This document shows positions 62,216-64,000 of a DNA stretch of 64,000 nt, piece by piece (positions within the stretch are counted from its first letter, which is position 1; each line of letters opens with the position of its first letter). Made by a program: the position numbers and the translations under genes. The DNA comes from Ostrea edulis. Its lineage: Eukaryota. A model generated the notes under the pieces. That model saw only the letters and a program-made list of their open reading frames with translations. It was not told the origin of the DNA and did not search any database. The stretch is from contig NC_079171.1 of the NCBI RefSeq assembly GCF_947568905.1, forward strand, positions 19,778,001-19,842,000. Reading direction: 5' to 3'.

Positions 62216-64000
62216 GGCTATCCTGATGGTGCTCCTTACTATAATACAGCGATGGTTAATGGAGATTTCACCTCCAATCACACCATTGTCTGGTTTCTAT
62301 TTATAGGTTCGTAACGTTCTATCCAATCTTCTTCTGAACGCAGGACAAACGTTTCATATTTAATAGTAGAGTGTTTTGGGAATTTTACATTAGCAAAATC
62401 GGACTGTTCCCCAACACTGGACATACTACGGAGAACTTACAGCTGTAGTTATGCAAAGCTTTTATAAGGGTTACACTGTCGTGGTTGTAGGTGTACAGAG
62501 GGTCCTCAAACGGTTTGACGTGGCAAATAAAGATGGAAGCTGGGACCTCTCGCTTGCAAAACAAGTGTCTAAAGCCATTAGGTTATCGCGAATTGGTGTA
62601 AAGGGAGACTTCTAATTAGACAGATTGTAGAAAAAACACCGATTGTGCATCAACCAATCAGAAGCAGCAGCGTCGGGAAAAGTCCAAAAGGTGTCAACAT
62701 TTCTTCAGTCACAAGTGCGAAGTGAGAGAAATGAAATTGTTCTGAGCACATAATACGGGCACGGAAATAAAGTAATATAAGCACTTTTGTGGATGCATCA
62801 GGTATTCACAAATGTACTTATGATATTTGTCCTCTCGCAAAACCCTAGCTGTTTCGACAGAACAATGTTTAGGTCATCAATAAAGAAACAAATGAACTAA
62901 GGTACCGTTCCATCGGTATCTCTGTCAAACTATCATATTAATCAGTTCCCAGTTCGTGATGAATTATAAACTTTTACTTTCAAATTCATTTTTAAGACAT
63001 CGACTTCAATATATCTACATAATCAATCAGGAGAAATAGATCTCACAAAACTTTTTGCCTCGGGATTTCTCCTTTGAGATGGTAATGGACATGACACGTT
63101 TACAGGTAAAAACTGCAACCAATGTTGATACATGTAATGTAACTACAATATCCCTTTATAATAAATGGTAATTTGTAAATGAAGATAATGGAAAACGCCA
63201 TTACCAACATTAGCAAACAGAGACTGACGCAGTCCCACCTGTATCGATGACGAATAGCATTGCATAAAAATCAAACACGTTTCTTCTTAACAGTTATGTA
63301 AGCTACAAAAACGACTTTGAATACATGCATAATCGATTCGTTTGTTTTTCCTCACACCCGGCTTGTGAAATGCAATCACGTGATTGTACTACACGAGATA
63401 ATCATGTGTGACCGGTCGTCAGGGGATGCTTGTTCCTCCTAGGCATCTGATCCGACCTCTGGTATATCCAGGCTTCCGTATTTACCCAACTCTTTATTTT
63501 TTAATTCCTTATAAGCGTTATGAGATTGATCACTGTTCGTTATCTTAACCTTTCATACTATACGAGATAAGCATATACTACACGAGATAAGTATGTGATT
63601 GTACTGTACGAGATAATCACGTGATTGTACTATACGAGATAAGTATGTGATTGAACTACACTATATAATCACGTGATTGTACTACACGAGCTAATTATGT
63701 ACTACTCGAAACAATGACGTATTACAAGAGATTACATAGGTATTTTGGTTTTTATAGAAACAGAAGAACTTTGTGTCAAATCAACATAAAAGTTTGCCGG
63801 ATGTATATATTTCGATAAAGACAGTGGTGATTCTAACTTATTGTAAACATGTTCTAGTCACTTTGCTATTGATCTGCAAACATGCCTTAAGATTTCATCA
63901 GTTACTGTCACTGTTACTGCTGGGAGTTTGAAAAACATGCCTTAAGATTTCATCTGTGACTGTCATTTTAATGCTGGGAGTTTGACAAATATGCCTCAGT

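Overview
AT-rich, repeat-dense eukaryotic DNA, most likely from an oyster-like bivalve. That assignment is an inference from the SINE families and the Helentron-type elements carrying an oyster Cg170-like satellite. The only host coding sequence I can support is the first coding exon (minus strand, 6227-6544) of a natriuretic-peptide-receptor / receptor-guanylyl-cyclase-like gene. Its following intron runs off the left edge, and the ~57 kb upstream shows no other convincing exon. That upstream region holds about 15 minisatellite arrays (the largest a 5.1-kb array of a 40-bp unit), at least five SINE-like types, Helentron-associated elements (HINEs), several MITE-like DNA transposons with clear TIRs and TSDs, and decayed Naiad-type Penelope-like retroelements. 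Most ORFs in the supplied track are translations of tandem repeats. I found no prokaryotic-type system and no novel multi-gene system. The most unusual signals are: a headless SINE-like family with a fixed 5' end; strong excess of TACATGTA; a decayed exon-like segment inside a MULE-like element; a Cys-to-Ser change in the receptor's conserved GPxC motif; and two distant minisatellites sharing a split core. Repeat family names come from my recall of consensus sequences, not from database searches.
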